A DNA stretch of 64,000 bases from Schizochytrium sp. TIO01 (lineage: Eukaryota; Protista; Bigyra: Labyrinthulomycetes), in assembly GCA_004764695.1 (NCBI GenBank), contig SMSO01000004.1, positions 1,302,001 to 1,366,000 on the forward strand, written 5' to 3'. The stretch's first letter is position 1. Each line of letters opens with the position of its first letter. Position numbers and translations under genes: made by a program. The notes beneath the pieces are model-generated. The model was given only the letters and a program-made list of their open reading frames with translations, ran no database searches and had not been told where the DNA came from. Below are positions 47,104 to 58,503 of this stretch, in pieces.

Positions 47104-50100
47104 GGAGTATTTTCGTTTTGTGTACTAGTTTCTACTGCTACTTGGATTTCTGCTTTACGTTTTGTTGTAAAGTTCTAGTCGCCTCATAGGTGTTCAAATC
47201 CTCGCTTGCATTGGCTGTAAGAAAGGTTGGACAAGGGCAAAGTTGGCTGGAGGCGCTGATTGATTCCGTTGTTACTGCTTCATTGCCACTGGCACTCCGT
47301 AGATCTTGCTTTTTGATACCTTTTTTCTTCTTCTTTTTTGAATAAAGAAGCAACTTTTCTGTACTCAATCAGATGCAGAGTCCGCTAGTCACTAGTAGGG
47401 TTAATTTAATCTATTAGTTCTTACTATTATGTTATGATAATCTATAGGATATTATATGATCTTCACCCTCAAATAACTTTGGACTATTACGACTCTCAGT
47501 TTCTGATGCTTTGGGAAAGCCGATTCAATGAGTCAAATATAGATTGTTTTTGAACCACAGGCAAGAAGTGAATATAAGGCAATATCAGGAGAGAAAGAAA
47601 TTGGATCAATTATAGATTACTTATATCTGAAAGTATGTCTAGTTTTTTACACATTTTTGCCTTGGCGATTTGCAGAGGAGCTTCAAATCCTAGCTTAAGT
47701 ATTTTTCCTCATCTAGGTCTCAAACCCATCTGCAAGATAAAGAAAATCTCAAGAGAGAAATTATCAGCACCAGATGGAAATAATTAATTTGCTTGAGAAT
47801 GCAATTCTGCACAAGCAATGTATGTGATGAATTAGTTCTATTAAATTTAGAGTACTACTATAATCTTCAAAGACTCTTGAAAGGCGACAACTCTCTACAT
47901 AACAGCAACGGATCAAACAAAGGGAATATACTAAAAAGAGAAAACGAGATACGCTCAAGAGCCGCTCTAGCGAGGAAACCCTGCCCTTCCCTACCCAAAC
48001 ATCACTACTTAGAGCAATCTGAATTGCCATTAGAAACAACAGCAGGTTCGAGCCAGTCAGTCATCTAATTATCCACTGCAGAATGTCTTCTAGCAACCAG
48101 GCTTGGTGCGTGAGAGAAAACATTGATGGTGTTTAGACGCTAGCAATAAGTATGTTTCACGAAAGGTGTTCCTATCAATGTATTTATTTTCCTTCGAGTG
48201 CTTGCTTAGCTTTGTTCAGTTGAAACTGAAAGTATTGAGTAAAGTAATTTCTCCTAAAAGTGGTCCGTAGGTGGATAATGCTGAGTTTTCAAATAGTGGC
48301 ATACGAGTAGGTAGTACGTATGCCACTGCTAATAGTGAATCTGACAAAAGCGATCTTTTCTCTGTCTGTTTCTCTATTTTGTTATATTTTAAAACCTAAA
48401 AGTGTTTCCATTTAGTATCTCCTTCCGATGCAATGCTTGCATAGAGCTCTAAACTTATGGATTTACTTTTCAAGCTTCTTCTGTGTTCTTTATTTAATTA
48501 TGTACTCCTAACCATTCTCAGGAAGCCTTGCAGAGTTCTGGTCGCCTCTGGCAAAATAGCAAGGCGACGCTTTCCGAAAATGAGGAGAAGTAAGATCCGT
48601 CTCGCCAAATGAAATGAAAAGCTTCACCAACGTGGAAGTTAGTGGTGTCTTTCGAAGTATAACATCAAATAAATAAATAGACGCAAGAATGAGTTCTCAA
48701 CCGAGAAGCCGCTCGTATTGCTAAACTTGCATTCACTTATCAATATTTGCTTTGGTTATGGTGAAGATGTTGAAAGCCTGATTGACAGCATCGGAAATAG
48801 TCTTTGGCCCTCGCCGTGTTTCCCTTTCTTTTCTTTTTTCATCTTTTCTGCCAAAGTTAGAAAGCGGCTCACGCGCGGGAAAGCCAAACTTCCGTCGGTG
48901 GAGAACTGAGAAACAGCTACTGTTCACAATATGCTTAGTCCATTAATATTACGTCACATTAGTTGGAGCTTCAAAATTCTGGATGGTGATTCCTAGCTTT
49001 AGTAGATATCTTGTTTGCACATAAACAGAGCTACCACACCCGGTGTCATATTCGAAACCCTTTCATCAACTCGAGCAAACTAGAAGAAATGAAAATGACA
49101 ACGGCGGTATCGGAGACGTGCGCTTTTTCTTGTTTAGCCTGCGAAAGCAAGTCGTCTTGGACTCGGTTACCGAGTTTAATCAAGATAATCTCAATAACCT
49201 TTCAAGAAGGCTGAGGCCACGTGGGACCGCTGCACAATCTCCTCTTAAAATGTATGAGAAGCCTAATAATAATCCGATACATTACTATGTACGCCATCAA
49301 CTTGCAGAAGTTACCAGAAAAGGCCTCAAAGGACTGAAAGGCGCACTACAATGAAAAGTTCATGTCGGGTAGGAGAAGTTTCAGAATATTTTACTAAGCA
49401 GTGAGGGAAAAGTTCACCTTGCGCATCAGAGCTACTTGCGTGAAGTGCGTTGCTAACTTCGGTAGCCGAAGCAAATATTCAAGTACTTTTAGATCTTTAG
49501 GATGCTTAAAGCATATCATGAAAGAGCTCAGGTTACAGCAATGAAACTTGTGGAAAAACTTTTTACTTTAAACTTAAAGTGCAAGGATAAATAAAGTTTG
49601 CAGGAGGTATTGAGGGTCTGGAGCTCAGGAGGCTCTGCTTGAGAAGGCGTATGCATGTGCATACCCTGAAAGTTATATCCGAAGCTGTACTTTCGAGAGA
49701 CTCCAACACTTGTTCTCGATTGGATAGTCTGCATTTTTTGTTGTTGTTTGTACAATAGCAACAACAACAACAAACTTTAAAATCGTCATTATGATTATAA
49801 ATAGTTAATAAGAAATCATTGATAACAAATACTACATCTATTGAACAAATATTGGAATCTAAAGAGCGTGCGTCCAATCGTAGTAGCAGTAGTATAGCAA
49901 GTCAAGTCTTCGATCAATGGATCTTAAAGGAATCTAAAAAGCGGCAGTCAACATGTAATATTAGGAGTAGGAGCAAATTCTAAATGGGTTGAAATGGAGG
50001 TATATGTTGCTTGCACTTAATAATGCACTTGCCAAGCCTACATTTTCCCTGCTTTGTTTAGGTAGTACCATTACTACTTACAAAAAAAAAACATTAAAAA

Positions 50101-51189
50101 TTCTTTGTGGCTTGGTCTCTTCCCATCGTTTGCACGGCCTTTTCCTCACCGATGCGTCGCCTTGCTTTCGCCATTGAAGCGTGCCAATCTTCTTCCAGTG
50201 AAAACTAGGCCCGTCTCACATCGTGCAGTAGGTTTCTCCATTTGCTCATCATATGCTCGTTCTACGCAAGCGAAGTGAACCCTTCTCCGGCTCAGAGTTT
50301 AAGTGATTAAAGTTGTGATGAAAGTTGAAAAACAAAAGAAGAAAAGATAATGAGGCACTCACTCAGCATGGAGCACCGTGATGAGGATGAGGAGTCTGTG
50401 TAGTGGTCACGAAGGCAGACACCCGCGTTCTTCTTGTTGTGCTCGTTGCCTTGAAGAGCATGATTTTTAATTTGTTGGAATTTATGTCAAAGTTGGTTGG
50501 TTTTGTTTACAAAAGAAATGCAGAACTTCAAGAAAAACAGATAGTAGGTAGTACAAAGACTGAGGATGAAAATCATCCATTCTGTTCTTCGTTAGGTTCT
50601 TCAAATTTCTTTGTTTTTCTCTGCGATATCTATCCAAGGTGTGATTAAATTAACTTCCTATTTTCAACATTGGTCACGCATCCGTCTATAGCAATTAAAA
50701 TGGCGGAGAGTGCATACGCTTGCAAGTTCTTTCATGATTACGAGTAACCTTTTTTTTTAACATGGTTAGGTTCCTCTCAAGTTACTGTGATGGGCAGGTC
50801 CAATTGTCTCGTCACTATCTTCAAATTCGCATTGTTTGAAAGGGCGTTTATGAGGGCACACACTGGACCTTTTAGTGAGGAGACCACTGGAAATTACTAC
50901 CTCTAAGTACTGTCAGTGGTCATGAGAGAGGGAATCACGCAATTAAATGGCACTTAAGAAGGAGGAAATGCAAAGGTTTGCCACAAGAAAGATCGAAAGC
51001 TGTGCAGGATGCAGCAGAACTTCAACTCCGGATTTGAGACTGGAGCGATACAAAGCGGGCGAGCTACGCCGAAGAAGGCTACCCTGAGGATACAAATTAC
51101 TAAGCACAGCTTGCCTGGGTCAACACGCAAGGACTTCCAGGCTAAATCCATAGTTTGATTTTTTGACGTTTTTTATTGTTGATTCAAAG

Positions 51190-52959
51190 ATGGGCACCAA
51201 CTCGAGCCGTACCAGTGGAGCTGGCAGCAAAGTGACCGCAAAGAAATTCCTCAACAACAATGGCGCTAACTGCGTTGATGAGATGCTCGAAGGCATGGCG
51301 CAAATGCACCCGAAGGAGCTTATGAAGTTCGATGGCATGAATGTCATGGTTCGTGCAGATTATGAAAAGATCAAGGACGAACAGGTGGTCCTCATTTCTG
51401 GAGGTGGATCTGGTCACGAGCCTTCTCACGCTGGATACTGTGGACCTGGCATGCTCACCGCTGCCGTTTGTGGCAAGGTTTTCGCAAGTCCTGGCACCGA
51501 TGCTGTACTTAACACCATCCGTACCGTGACAGGATCCAAAGGATGTTTGCTCATTGTCAAGAACTATACTGGTGATAGGCTCAACTTTGGTCTTGCAGCA
51601 GAGCAAGCTAAGAGCGAAGGCTTTGATGTCGAGATGGTTATTGTTGGTGATGATGCTGCTCTCAGTGGCAAGGGTGTTACCGGCCGCCGTGGCCTTGCTG
51701 GCACTGTGCTTGTACACAAGGCCGCTGGAGCTGCTGCTGCAAACGGTGCCAACCTCAAAGAGGTCCTAGCTACCGCAGAGGCGGTTTCTAACGCCGTTCG
51801 TACCGTTGGTGTTGCTCTCTCTACCTGCAATGTCCCAGGCAAGCCCATCTCAGACCGTCTCGTTCCTACCGATGGCAAGATGGAACTGGGCCTTGGTATT
51901 CATGGCGAGCCTGGCCGTGAGACCCTGGACCTGTTGAGCACGGACGAGCTTGTGCGCCGCCTTTCTGATATTATCATGTCAGACTTCACAAAGCTTGACG
52001 GCAAACAGCCCAAGCGTGTCGCTGTCGTTGTCAATAACACCGGTGGTACCACACCAATAGAGATTTACGGCATTTGTAACAGTGTCTTGAAGCAGCTCTC
52101 TGAAAAGCCCTTTGAAGTTACTGTCGAACGCATCTACGCCGGCCCAATTATGACTTCCCTGGAGATGCAAGGCTTCAGTCTCTCACTTCTTGCCCTTGAC
52201 ATGAATGAGAAGTATGATGCCAGCAAGCTCCTTTCATTCCTTGACGCCGAGACCACAACCCTCGGCTGGCCTGGGCCACTGTCTTCCTTCACCTCAAGCT
52301 CAGAGGTTAAAAAGGTGAAGGCTGTGTCCGCTGAAGAGGAATCTGCACGCCACTCACATAGCTTTCCAACAATCTCTGAGGATGAAGCTAAAAAGCTCGG
52401 AGAGCGTATTCGTGCCGCGGCAAAGGAGCTTGTTGATAAGGAGCCCAAGCTCACTGAGTGGGATAAGATCTGTGGCGATGGTGATGCAGGCCACACATTC
52501 CAGCACGGTGCCCAAATGGTGCAGGAGGTTTTGGAAAAGGGCGAAATTAAGCTGGCATGCCCTGCTTCCACTGCTGCCATAATTGCTGAGCAAGCTCGTA
52601 AGATGGGTGGCACCTCTGGTGCTGTTTCCTCCATCTTCTTTCACTCCGTTGGCACCTCGCTACAGCAAAACCTCGACTATGGAGCTGCAATTAAGGCTGG
52701 TTGTGCATCTATTACCCGGTATGGTGGTGCTGAGCCGGGTATGCGCACCATGCTTGATGCGCTTCACGCAATGGCAGAAGGCTACGAACCTGATTTTTCC
52801 AAGCTAGCTGACAAGGCCATGACCGCCGCCAAGTCTACTGCTGAGATGAACGCTTCTGCCGGCCGTAGCAATTACATTCCTGATGAGAAGATGCGCGGTG
52901 TTCCTGACCCTGGCGCCATGGCTGTGGCTTTTGCGGTGAAGGCTATGGCCGATGCATAA
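51190..52959 (+). CDS. Dihydroxyacetone kinase / triokinase (fused DhaK-DhaL)
   Basis: ISGGGSGHEPSHAGY.G.GML.AAV.G.VFASP, IVKNYTGDRLNFGLA, GRRGLAGTVLVHK, ELGLGIHGEPG, GDGDAG, MGGTSG, GMRTMLDAL, AGRSNY, PDPGA; ATG at 51190. Confidence 0.97.
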   Translation: MGTNSSRTSGAGSKVTAKKFLNNNGANCVDEMLEGMAQMHPKELMKFDGMNVMVRADYEKIKDEQVVLISGGGSGHEPSHAGYCGPGMLTAAVCGKVFASPGTDAVLNTIRTVTGSKGCLLIVKNYTGDRLNFGLAAEQAKSEGFDVEMVIVGDDAALSGKGVTGRRGLAGTVLVHKAAGAAAANGANLKEVLATAEAVSNAVRTVGVALSTCNVPGKPISDRLVPTDGKMELGLGIHGEPGRETLDLLSTDELVRRLSDIIMSDFTKLDGKQPKRVAVVVNNTGGTTPIEIYGICNSVLKQLSEKPFEVTVERIYAGPIMTSLEMQGFSLSLLALDMNEKYDASKLLSFLDAETTTLGWPGPLSSFTSSSEVKKVKAVSAEEESARHSHSFPTISEDEAKKLGERIRAAAKELVDKEPKLTEWDKICGDGDAGHTFQHGAQMVQEVLEKGEIKLACPASTAAIIAEQARKMGGTSGAVSSIFFHSVGTSLQQNLDYGAAIKAGCASITRYGGAEPGMRTMLDALHAMAEGYEPDFSKLADKAMTAAKSTAEMNASAGRSNYIPDEKMRGVPDPGAMAVAFAVKAMADA

Positions 52960-54237
52960 GCGGCTTCAGTTGTTTTTATGCTTATCTATAACTCTTGGAA
53001 AAGATCCTTGGTAAGCCAAGCTGCTTGAAGGTAAATTTTCTTCAGCTTTTTCTTCCCCAAAATACGAACTATTTACTGGGCATTCGGTTACTATTTAAAA
53101 GTATTTGCCTTTCCTCCATTCTATCTCGCACGCTAAATTCGCTTGGTGTTAGCTTTTCATCGTCTTTTCTTAAGTATTCTTTCATTATTGTTTGCATTTA
53201 TTTTCTCACTTTTTCAAAATGATAACATTGCATAGGGTTTGCGTAAATTCGGGTGATATTGCTTATGCAAAAGTAACTACTTTTGATCCACTTCAGCGAA
53301 TACCTTCAGATGATTGCACGTTAACTCGCTCTAATTCTTCCTGAATTAAGATAGATTAGATTGCCAAAGACTCAAAGAACTAATTTCCAACGCTAGTTAA
53401 TACTCAATGGCTGCCGCCATTCAAACGCTGCGAAAACTATATCACGACATTCTCCACAATACGTAAACCCCACTTTAAATTCACAATTCAATTTGTGTAC
53501 ATCTAGGAACAAAGAGCAAAGATCGTATTACTACAGGGATCAACATTTCTTATATGCCCCTCTTCCAGGAAGAGAAGTAGCTGATAATTATGATTCTATG
53601 CAAGGCACCTATCCCAAATTTTTGAGATTAGAGGTGGAACAATTAAGGAAGCCAACTTTCTCATCCTTTGTTTTGATTGACTGTCAAGAACGTTCGTAAG
53701 ACGTGGAATTTATTGCGTAAGGAGTGTATATGTAAGCCCTAAATGCAACGGTTCATAGCAGAAAGCAAAGTTCTTCCTCTCAAAGAGCCGCTCTCACCTT
53801 GGCTAACGCCTAGAATCGTTAACTTGAACACATCTAATTAAAAAAATCTCTTAATACTATCACAACGCACCTCCGCCGACAAGAATTTACTACAGGTCCT
53901 CGGCACTCTTCTTGGGCCTGCCGGGCCGCGGCGTAGCTCAGCACTATGAATTAAAACCAAAACCAATCCTCGTATTACGAACAAAGTGCTACTAATATAA
54001 AGAACAGCCAACACAGAGCAGTCCCATGCCCCACTCTCTGGAGCCAAAGGACAAGTGCCGCAAGTGGAGTGATTTGGGGACTGTGCCATGGCTTTTTCTT
54101 GGAATCAAGCTATTACGTGCTTATGATTCCTTCAGGCTCCCAACTCTATGGGCGGAGGAAAATTAACATGAGAAGACTATAGAGTTGACTACTTAAAACT
54201 ATTCTTGAGTAAAATCTTGAGAAAATTCTGTATACAA

Positions 54238-54948
54238 ATGATTCACAGGAGCATACGGGGCCTAGACGTTCTGAGATTGACTGAGATTGAGACACCTATG
54301 CCATTTAGTATTGTACATACGTTATTAGACCTGTTGCTGCTTATCACGAACTGGTCATGTGATGTTGATATTTGCGTAGAACATTCGATTGATTCAGACT
54401 CCGAGTGGATCGCTGCATTGATAACCGTTTATCCTCTTCGTGTTGCGCTGTATCAATTTAATAGAGAAATACAGTCTTCTAACCCATTAGGGCTGCACAC
54501 TCCTATTGGAAGTGAAACGGTTCTTGTCAAGCTGTACTCGGATTATTTGAAGAGGGAGGTTATGTCAGATGCTTTTCGCCTGCATGTTGCGACGGAATTC
54601 TTCCCGTTTGGACACAATCCTGATGGCGGGCCAATGCACAGTGTTGCACAACATTTTCGTGCATGCTCGTACTACAACCGTCACTTCCCAGAAATGTGTG
54701 CGTATTTGGGGGCTGAGTTCCCACCGTGTCCCACCTCGTTAAAAAACACAGCAACAACGACTTTGATTCCAGCTCAAACTTGAACATAAATGTTAACTCA
54801 CAAACGCAAATAGATTGTCGAAAGCGGCATTATCATCTGTAATCATCTTGTCACTTGCTCCAATTGATGTCATGCAGAAGTCAATCACCCTCACCGCTTG
54901 ATTGACGTCAACGCCAAAGGATATACTAGAAGGGTTTGGTGCAGTTAA
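54238..54948 (+). pseudogene. Possible decayed gene with RING-like Cys/His remnants
   Basis: 192-aa ORF ending PPCPTSLKNTATTTLIP; the same frame continues through TGA/TAA/TAG stops into IVESGIIICNHLVTCSN*CHAEVNHPH. Confidence 0.35.
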
Positions 54949-55239
54949 AGCCTTCCAAGCCTTTAGGTTTTAATTTCAATTAAATCAGTTGTGTGAGAAT
55001 GAAGAAACCTAAGATACTCATGAAATTTACTTTTGTTTCAACGTGTATGAAACGTCCATCCAAAGAATGGAATAAGTACATCTATTAGAGAAATGCAAAA
55101 AGGATGCAGAAATTAAACAACCTTGATCTTGTAAATGCGTATCTTGAGTGAAACAACACTTAAGTATATCAGAGCCAGTTTAACAGTTTTTCCAAAGAAG
55201 AAAATTAGAAATACTGAGAAGAAAATACAATTCTATGCC

Positions 55240-58200
55240 TCAGGATTTCGTCATTTTCTCTTGGTTATCCTCGTTCCAATTATTTAAAGCTTTAAATTCC
55301 TCTTCAGTGGACGCTCTCTTCCATATACGAATGATCTGGCTGCGCGTTTTATGATCAGTCCAAACTTCATCCTTTCGTTGAATAATGTCGAAATCCCTTC
55401 TCCATGCCTTTGCAGAGGCCCATGGTATCTCTGGGTGATGCTTTTTACAACGCTCCTTCACAATGCCAATAGGACACCTTCCAGACGCAAGCAATTCATC
55501 CATCAATTTTCCAAAAGCATTTTTAAGAGATTGGTCTTTATCTACGCCGTTGTTCTCTGTATTACCGCCGATCTCCTCTTTATTTTCTTTCTTGAGCTCA
55601 GTTACTGGTCCAGTCAAAGGATCCTCGTGTTCTTTGCGAAATACAGGCTGATCCAGTTCTTGCTGGTTTGATGTTTTCTCTTCTGAAGAACTATTTTGCC
55701 CAACTTCTACTTTTTTTGCTTCCCCTGTACTTGGCCCTTCATTTAATGAAGAGTTTGTAACTGCAATTTGCGCATTATTTTGTACTCCCGGCTCGTGTTT
55801 CATGGGTAGAGATTGTATAGTAGGAGAAAACGCCTCTTGAATGAGTGCCGAATGCTCTGATGTTGAAGAGTCAGAAACGGACGATGAAGAGACAGTATCC
55901 GTGAGACTCGCGGATGATCGCCCTGAGCGATTCGGTTTGGGGCTGTTCACCTTGGTTTCTAAATACAAACTTGAGAGGCCGTTCCCAGTCGTACCATGAG
56001 TAGTATTCTGCAAACTCAAGGCAGGCTCAGAAAAAATAGGTCGCATTGATTTTGGAGATTCCAAGCGTTCTGTATTGCTTTGTTTCTTAAGAATCTCTGT
56101 TTGCAATAAAGGAACGTTAATAGACTCCTTGAAAGGCCTTGGAGAATGAAGGTTTTGCGATGATTGACCTGCCGGAATTTTAGGTAGCGGCCCATTTAAA
56201 AGTGCAGAGAGGACTAAATTCAATTTTGCATCCAAATTAGTTATTTGCTGCTCAAGTTTCTGCTGGTTCTTTGCAAGTTTGTCTAACCGTGAGTTCTCTC
56301 GCGCTGCTTGATCTTCAGCCTCTTTTACAGTTGGATCAATATCAGGCTCGCCTTTTGGAGCACCAGGACCGTAGAGCGCCCAGAGATACATAGCTACAGA
56401 ATCTGTAAAAAGTTGTGATAGGTCTGCATAATTGAATGTCACCACAAGAGGATCACGTTCTAGCTTGCGATATGGAATAACACACACTTCCTTTGAGCCA
56501 CTCAAGACCTCGTATACAGTCATAATCTCGTTATAGGTCATCTCAAGCGAAGGTCTTACCATTTCGGCATCTGTAGGTGTTAGAAATGCACACTGAGGGT
56601 CAACCTTCGAATTACGTGGCCTCCTCCTAGAAATTCCGAATATCTTTTTATGGAAGGTGATGACTTCCTGCATATTTGCCATAAGTGTATCTTCTTGAAG
56701 ATTTTGGCTTTGATTTTGAGACTCCTCATATGCGCCGAGAACTATGGCTAGAAGAACATTGAGAAGCAGCATGGCTGCAATAAACAAAAACCCAAAGTAG
56801 TACATGGAGATAGGCAGATATGCCCACCACGTTAACTGATCGGTTTCAACCATACTCAAAAAGTCTCCGTAATCTACTCCAACCGTCATAAGTGCCCCAA
56901 CCGATCCCAGTGCAGCAATTGGAGTTCGAAAGTGCTCACTTCTGGTCGAGAACATAATCCAGCCCACAGTTACATAGCCACAAATTACCATGAACAAAAC
57001 GACCCCGAAGTGCCACAGTGTTGTCCACGCACGACTGATTGTCCTAGAAACTATCCCCAGATGTCCATGGAATTCAACCGCACGGAAGAGGCGAAAGAAG
57101 CTAACCAACAAGCATAAGGTATTACAAATATCAAAAAGCGCATCCAAGTTCTGAATTTTCATCAAATATGCAGCAAACTCGCTTTGACTCGGCAATTCTC
57201 CATTGGAGCTATTCACGTTCGTTACGTACGAGATTACTTCATTGCGTAAGAGGTAGATTTCAATTTGCAGAGTAATAACCAATGATGCTAGTGTAAGGAA
57301 TAGTGCATCAACGAGATTCCAAAACTTTTGGAGATAACGAGCGAAACCTACAAAGATGGCCCCAATCTTCGTCTCAGAGGACCGCCTTTTCTGCACCGCC
57401 TTTTGGACACTAACATAAACCTCTATAAGTTCACGAACTGCCTTTACTGCCACTTGCACAGCAAACAATAGCTCTAGTGTTATGCGCAATTGCCAAGGGG
57501 CGCCACCAGCAAGACTAATTGAGTCACCTAAAGTATCAAGTACTCCTGCCCACGGAATAACATCAAGCTTCAGGCCTCCAACGGCTTGCAATATGAAACG
57601 GATTTGAATACTGGAAAAGAGGCGAGTGTTTGGGTTATATAACCCTATTATGACAATTGTTTCAGCTGTACTTTCATTGAGCCAACCAGACTGCCTTAGC
57701 GAATACGTGAGATTCAAAGCATAATCTTCGTCTCTGTATATTCTTTCTCCGGAAGAATCGCTGGTGACGATTGGTAGCTCATAGAAGACAAAGTTAGTGC
57801 GAGGTCCCTGCAAGAGAGGGGTTCTCATGTCTAGGAAACTAGAAAGTGCGCTATCAACCCCTGTGGAGATATAGCTATCCATTTGTGGCCAACGCGGGCA
57901 AGAGTCAAAAAGTTTCGCCTCAAACGATTCACAATATGTCGTATAGTTTTTCCGTCTCTGGGCTATTGTCACGCCAGATACAATGTTATTGAATGCCAAA
58001 ACAGTTCCTGTCTCATTAGTGTTCCAAAACCCTGAAACAATGACTTCATCAAACCAACTCCAGAATTGGTCATATGTGGCAACTTCTTGAATAGAATTCC
58101 CATCACCCCACTGTTGACGATCAATCCATGAACGAACCTCGGAAACAAATTCACCTCGATGCCAACGAGGATAACAGAGATTTATTCCCACATAGGTTAA

Positions 58201-58503
58201 TAAGAAAATCATGAATGAGACGAGAGCGAGACACTTTGACTTGTGATGTATCCTTTTATTGAGCTTTGTAAGCTCAGCTTCAAAAGGTATCCGCGCTTCA
58301 CCTTGGAAACGAGGTCCATCATACATATTTCCGCGCGCAAGTTCTTGCGCACGCCATTCATCATATGAAATTTTACCATCGTGATCCTTGTCAAGAGCCT
58401 CGAATCTTGCTATTGCATTTTTTTCTTGAGCAACCTTCTGATCATGAATCCGCATGCCTTGTGGTGCAACAGAAACCCGTACCGTTGGTGAATTTGCGGA
58501 CAT
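55240..58503 (-). CDS. Polycystin-2 (PKD2/TRPP)-like cation channel with an N-terminal EF-hand
   Basis: TYDQFWSWF, GVTIAQRR, LRQSGWLNEST..IGLYNPNTRLFS (TOP domain), FWNLVD, FFRLFRAVEFHGHLGIVSRTISRA, MLLLNVLLAIVLGAYEE (S6), C-terminal coiled coil; EF loop DKDHDGKISYDE; ATG at 58503. Confidence 0.9.
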   Translation of the reverse strand: MSANSPTVRVSVAPQGMRIHDQKVAQEKNAIARFEALDKDHDGKISYDEWRAQELARGNMYDGPRFQGEARIPFEAELTKLNKRIHHKSKCLALVSFMIFLLTYVGINLCYPRWHRGEFVSEVRSWIDRQQWGDGNSIQEVATYDQFWSWFDEVIVSGFWNTNETGTVLAFNNIVSGVTIAQRRKNYTTYCESFEAKLFDSCPRWPQMDSYISTGVDSALSSFLDMRTPLLQGPRTNFVFYELPIVTSDSSGERIYRDEDYALNLTYSLRQSGWLNESTAETIVIIGLYNPNTRLFSSIQIRFILQAVGGLKLDVIPWAGVLDTLGDSISLAGGAPWQLRITLELLFAVQVAVKAVRELIEVYVSVQKAVQKRRSSETKIGAIFVGFARYLQKFWNLVDALFLTLASLVITLQIEIYLLRNEVISYVTNVNSSNGELPSQSEFAAYLMKIQNLDALFDICNTLCLLVSFFRLFRAVEFHGHLGIVSRTISRAWTTLWHFGVVLFMVICGYVTVGWIMFSTRSEHFRTPIAALGSVGALMTVGVDYGDFLSMVETDQLTWWAYLPISMYYFGFLFIAAMLLLNVLLAIVLGAYEESQNQSQNLQEDTLMANMQEVITFHKKIFGISRRRPRNSKVDPQCAFLTPTDAEMVRPSLEMTYNEIMTVYEVLSGSKEVCVIPYRKLERDPLVVTFNYADLSQLFTDSVAMYLWALYGPGAPKGEPDIDPTVKEAEDQAARENSRLDKLAKNQQKLEQQITNLDAKLNLVLSALLNGPLPKIPAGQSSQNLHSPRPFKESINVPLLQTEILKKQSNTERLESPKSMRPIFSEPALSLQNTTHGTTGNGLSSLYLETKVNSPKPNRSGRSSASLTDTVSSSSVSDSSTSEHSALIQEAFSPTIQSLPMKHEPGVQNNAQIAVTNSSLNEGPSTGEAKKVEVGQNSSSEEKTSNQQELDQPVFRKEHEDPLTGPVTELKKENKEEIGGNTENNGVDKDQSLKNAFGKLMDELLASGRCPIGIVKERCKKHHPEIPWASAKAWRRDFDIIQRKDEVWTDHKTRSQIIRIWKRASTEEEFKALNNWNEDNQEKMTKS

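Noticed and set aside
48042-48058. GGTTCGAGCC B-box/T-loop-like word (tRNA or SINE)
   Set aside because: No T-stem pairing, A-box or cloverleaf.
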